This document shows positions 61,056-64,000 of a stretch of DNA of 64,000 nt, piece by piece. The stretch is from Candidatus Dadabacteria bacterium. Its GTDB lineage: Bacteria; Desulfobacterota_D; UBA1144; Nemesobacterales; CSP1-2. The position numbers were made by a program, and so were the translations under genes. Under the pieces are notes generated by a model. The model was not told where the DNA came from. It saw only the letters and a program-made list of their open reading frames with translations, and ran no database searches. The stretch covers positions 32,001-96,000 of the forward strand of contig CAWDVW010000002.1 in assembly GCA_963805855.1 (NCBI GenBank). The letters run 5' to 3'. Positions within the stretch are counted from its first letter, which is position 1. Every line of letters begins with the position of its first letter.

Positions 61056-61371
61056 TTATTTACAAATGAATTTCTATAGTTATTAGCTCCCAGTGGAGAA
61101 TTTTATTATAAATACGATATCTTCAAAATCAAATCTATGCTGTCCTTCCAGAAGTAATGGCGGTTTGGATTTAATAACGAGAGTGAAAGTATTCATAGAC
61201 TGGTGTTAAATTTGCTGAGTCGAGATCCGCTCCAAAGTTGTTTAGGGCCTAAAATTATATTAGAATGCCTTTAAAGAACCGGGAAGTACTCTCGCGCATG
61301 GCCTTAAATTCTCGCAGTATAATGATTACTGCCCCTTTATTTTACTTAATTTCTGATCGAAACTTATTTAA

Positions 61372-61752
61372 ATGAGTAAAAATAATTGGCTTAGCATAAT
61401 CGGATTAGTTGTTTATTGCGCCCTCATATTTTATCTGTCTACATTACCTGGCGACTCCATACCCGATTTGCCGCTATCTGATAAAATTTTTCACTTTTTC
61501 CTGTACCTGGGTCTTGGGTTACTATTTACATACTTTTTCTATGGCCTGAAGTTTTTCACTTCCCGGCTGAAGATTGTATTAATAACTCTGGCGTTCATAG
61601 CTCTTTATGGATTAAGCGATGAGATTCATCAGTTATTCGTAGTAGGACGGGATTTTGATGTCTTGGATTTATTTGTGGATATAATTGGGGGGTTCTCGGG
61701 TTGTTTAATAATGTCCTATTTATACCCGCATGTTCAAAGTATTTTGTTGTAG
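61372..61752 (+). CDS. VanZ-family membrane protein
   Basis: DKIFHFFLY, SDEIHQLFVVGR and DLFVDIIG motifs. Confidence 0.88.
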   Translation: MSKNNWLSIIGLVVYCALIFYLSTLPGDSIPDLPLSDKIFHFFLYLGLGLLFTYFFYGLKFFTSRLKIVLITLAFIALYGLSDEIHQLFVVGRDFDVLDLFVDIIGGFSGCLIMSYLYPHVQSILL

Positions 61753-62164
61753 TTCTATTAAGACTCATATCTGAAAGGGTGAAAAGGGTGGCGAAATATG
61801 TACTTCTTCACCACTCGAATTATCAGATGCTTACATTTAATATCGAAATGCGAACTGTCAGCAGTGTCAGTCCTTGACCTTTTCCTCTAAACGCTTCCTC
61901 AAGTGATTTCATTAAATAAATTAGATCTCAACCATTTTTGGAGAACCAAGCACCACTTTCATTCATTACGGTACGTCTCTAAGTCTTAAATTAACATAAA
62001 GTTTACAGGCTAACCCCGAGACGTATTTTTTACGGAATGTCAAATTAAGTCTTGATTAACTCAGATAAATTGAGTGACATGTGGTTAGTTCATTTCCAAT
62101 AATCTAGTTGCAACGTGTTGGAAGTAGGGATTATAGAAAGTTATTTCAAAGATTCGGTATAGAT

Positions 62165-62290
62165 AAAAAAAGCGACCCCAAGTGACCTCGAACTTTTTTG
62201 ATTACCGAATTATCTACTCGACTTCCCTCTTTCGACTTTACCCCATTCGGCTATCAAGTCAGCCTTAACCTCTTGGAATCGCTTTGTACT
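62165..62290 (-). ncRNA. Candidate structured small RNA
   Basis: TTGACA at 62326-21 followed by an AT-rich box. 14-bp closing stem with G-U pairs, an inner stem and a U7 tail. Confidence 0.45.
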
Positions 62291-62643
62291 ATTTATATAT
62301 ATGCTGACAATTTCATCCTATGTCAAGAGCAATTTTTGAATTTTATCCCAATCTATCCTTTTTTTCGTTCGATAGCTTTGTAGGAAATTTGTCAGATGCC
62401 GGTTGAAACAACCTGGACGGGTTGTTCCAGAAAGTACCGACCTTCGGGATTTGTGATCGATCCACGATCTTACCGATGGGCGAGGTTTTCAAGCTAGTTT
62501 AATTCTCATACTATTTAGCGGATCCCCCATGAAAGCCCTCGGGATGACAAAGCACATCGACTGTAACCACGGTGCAAATAACATATCCACTTCTAGAAAC
62601 CACCACTATCAAAAAGAGCACCCATGATTACAAAGTGGACCGT

Positions 62644-64000
62644 TTAACTACTCCCCTCAGGCTTGACGATCGCGAGAGTATATTTGTCGAGATCTATGTA
62701 CTTATTAGCAACCCTTTTTACATCCTCTCTTGTCACGGAGAAAATCTGCTCAGGATATCTCTTATATTCATCCCATCCTACACCATAGATCTCATCAAAC
62801 GCCATTTTCCCAGACTGGGCAGAGTTTTGCTGCAGACCTATTTCAAAATTGCCGACAAGATAATTCTGCGCCCGCTTTAGCTCATCTTCGGTTATGCCTT
62901 CTTTTAATATACGCTCCAGCTGTTCCTTGATACCTGCTATTGCATCATCCTGCTTATCCGGGGCACTTCCGATATAGACGCCAAAAAATCCCGGCTCCAG
63001 ACCCGCGGTCAGAAACGACGTAACCGTATATGCCAGGCTCTTCTTATCCCTGAGTTCGGTAAACAGTCTGCCCCCTTGACCGGAGAGCACAGCATTCAAC
63101 ACTTCAATGGGATACTGATCTGGATCTTTCAGGCTCGGCGCACGAAAGCCCATGATCATATGGGTCTGGGCTTTTTCCTTCTGATCAACTACTTTGGTCC
63201 TTATGTCAAGAGGCGGAGCTTCAGGCTTTACATCAGGCGCCGATAATTGTCCCTTTTTCATCTTCCCGAAATGCTTCTCAACTTCCCTCAAGACTTCCTT
63301 TTCATTTACATCACCCACAATCGCAATAACCATATTTTCAGGACGTGCGTATTTTTCATAAAATGAAAGCAAATCCTCTCGATTTATCCTGTTAATTGTC
63401 TCCGGTGTGCCAAGGACATTAAATCTATAGGGATGAACTGTGTAGAGCGTACTGAGGAAGTAATTAATAGTAGTCCTTACGGGGTCATCCTGTTCACGAT
63501 TAATTTTTGAGATTATGTCTCTCCTTGCACGCTCGATTTCAACCGGGTTGAAAGAGGGACTCACAATAACATCGGCAAATATATCCATAGCCTGGGCGAA
63601 ATATCGACTAAGGGCTTCAACAGTCACGCCGAAGCTGTTTCTCCCGGAAAAACCGCTTACGTCACCCGCAATTGACTCGATTCCCCGCGCGATATCCTCT
63701 GCACTTCTCGATTGAGTTCCTCTCGTCAAGGTCTCCGACACAAAATTCGATACGCCGTTTGTGTTCTCATCCTCATATCTCACACCGCCAAGAAAAACCG
63801 CCCTGGCTGCAAACAGAGGCACTGAATGATTTTCTTTTACCAAGACTGTTATACCATTATCCAGAATGACTTTGCTAACCTTGTCGGATGGTTCGGTAGT
63901 CATAGGTGACAACTCTTGCGCAATAGCCACCGAAGCCTCATCTGCTACTTCTTCTATCTCGTTCTGATTCAGCACGACCTTACCGGTGGGGAATAAGATC
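62644..64000 (-). CDS. M16 (pitrilysin-family) zinc peptidase, C-terminal half, 5'-partial
   Basis: LDNGITVLVKE, ETLTRGT and RLFTELRDKKSLAY motifs. Frame stays open to the window edge; no HxxEH in this half. Confidence 0.88.
   Translation of the reverse strand, partial: ILFPTGKVVLNQNEIEEVADEASVAIAQELSPMTTEPSDKVSKVILDNGITVLVKENHSVPLFAARAVFLGGVRYEDENTNGVSNFVSETLTRGTQSRSAEDIARGIESIAGDVSGFSGRNSFGVTVEALSRYFAQAMDIFADVIVSPSFNPVEIERARRDIISKINREQDDPVRTTINYFLSTLYTVHPYRFNVLGTPETINRINREDLLSFYEKYARPENMVIAIVGDVNEKEVLREVEKHFGKMKKGQLSAPDVKPEAPPLDIRTKVVDQKEKAQTHMIMGFRAPSLKDPDQYPIEVLNAVLSGQGGRLFTELRDKKSLAYTVTSFLTAGLEPGFFGVYIGSAPDKQDDAIAGIKEQLERILKEGITEDELKRAQNYLVGNFEIGLQQNSAQSGKMAFDEIYGVGWDEYKRYPEQIFSVTREDVKRVANKYIDLDKYTLAIVKPEGSS

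Noticed and set aside
60809-61069. 86-aa ORF and possible CRISPR-like repeat
   Set aside because: The ORF is a translation of the heptamer array and two antisense tRNAs. The repeats have no spacers, and no CRISPR array or cas gene was seen in the window.

Overview
Bacterial chromosome window, mostly AT-rich (roughly 38-42% GC by eye) and diderm (OM barrel, lipoprotein). Gene content is Deltaproteobacteria-like, possibly Ca. Dadabacteria (inference only). (1) 1-1.1 kb: a GC-rich foreign segment encoding a GSU2403-type nucleotidyltransferase, joined abruptly into a gmhA gene. (2) 1.1-23.6 kb: a minus-strand polysaccharide cluster (GTs, methyltransferases, wzm/wzt, three cysC copies, uxs, ugd plus two N-terminal-only ugd paralogues, glmS), with many frameshifts. 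(3) 23.6-46.6 kb: a dense c-di-GMP/two-component region with three atypical VpsT/CsgD-like regulators, a UpxY/RfaH-type antiterminator, GAF kinases, GGDEF-EAL, HD-GYP and CZB-GGDEF proteins, a divergent GEMM-I-like riboswitch and a PilZ::alpha-oxoamine synthase fusion, which is the best candidate for an undescribed system. (4) An IS110/IS1111-type element inserted in a tRNA terminator, with target-matching segments in its non-coding end. (5) Core genes: six tRNAs, tig-clpP-clpX-lon, VanZ and an M16 peptidase, plus a candidate structured ncRNA. All calls come from motif recognition by eye; no searches were run.
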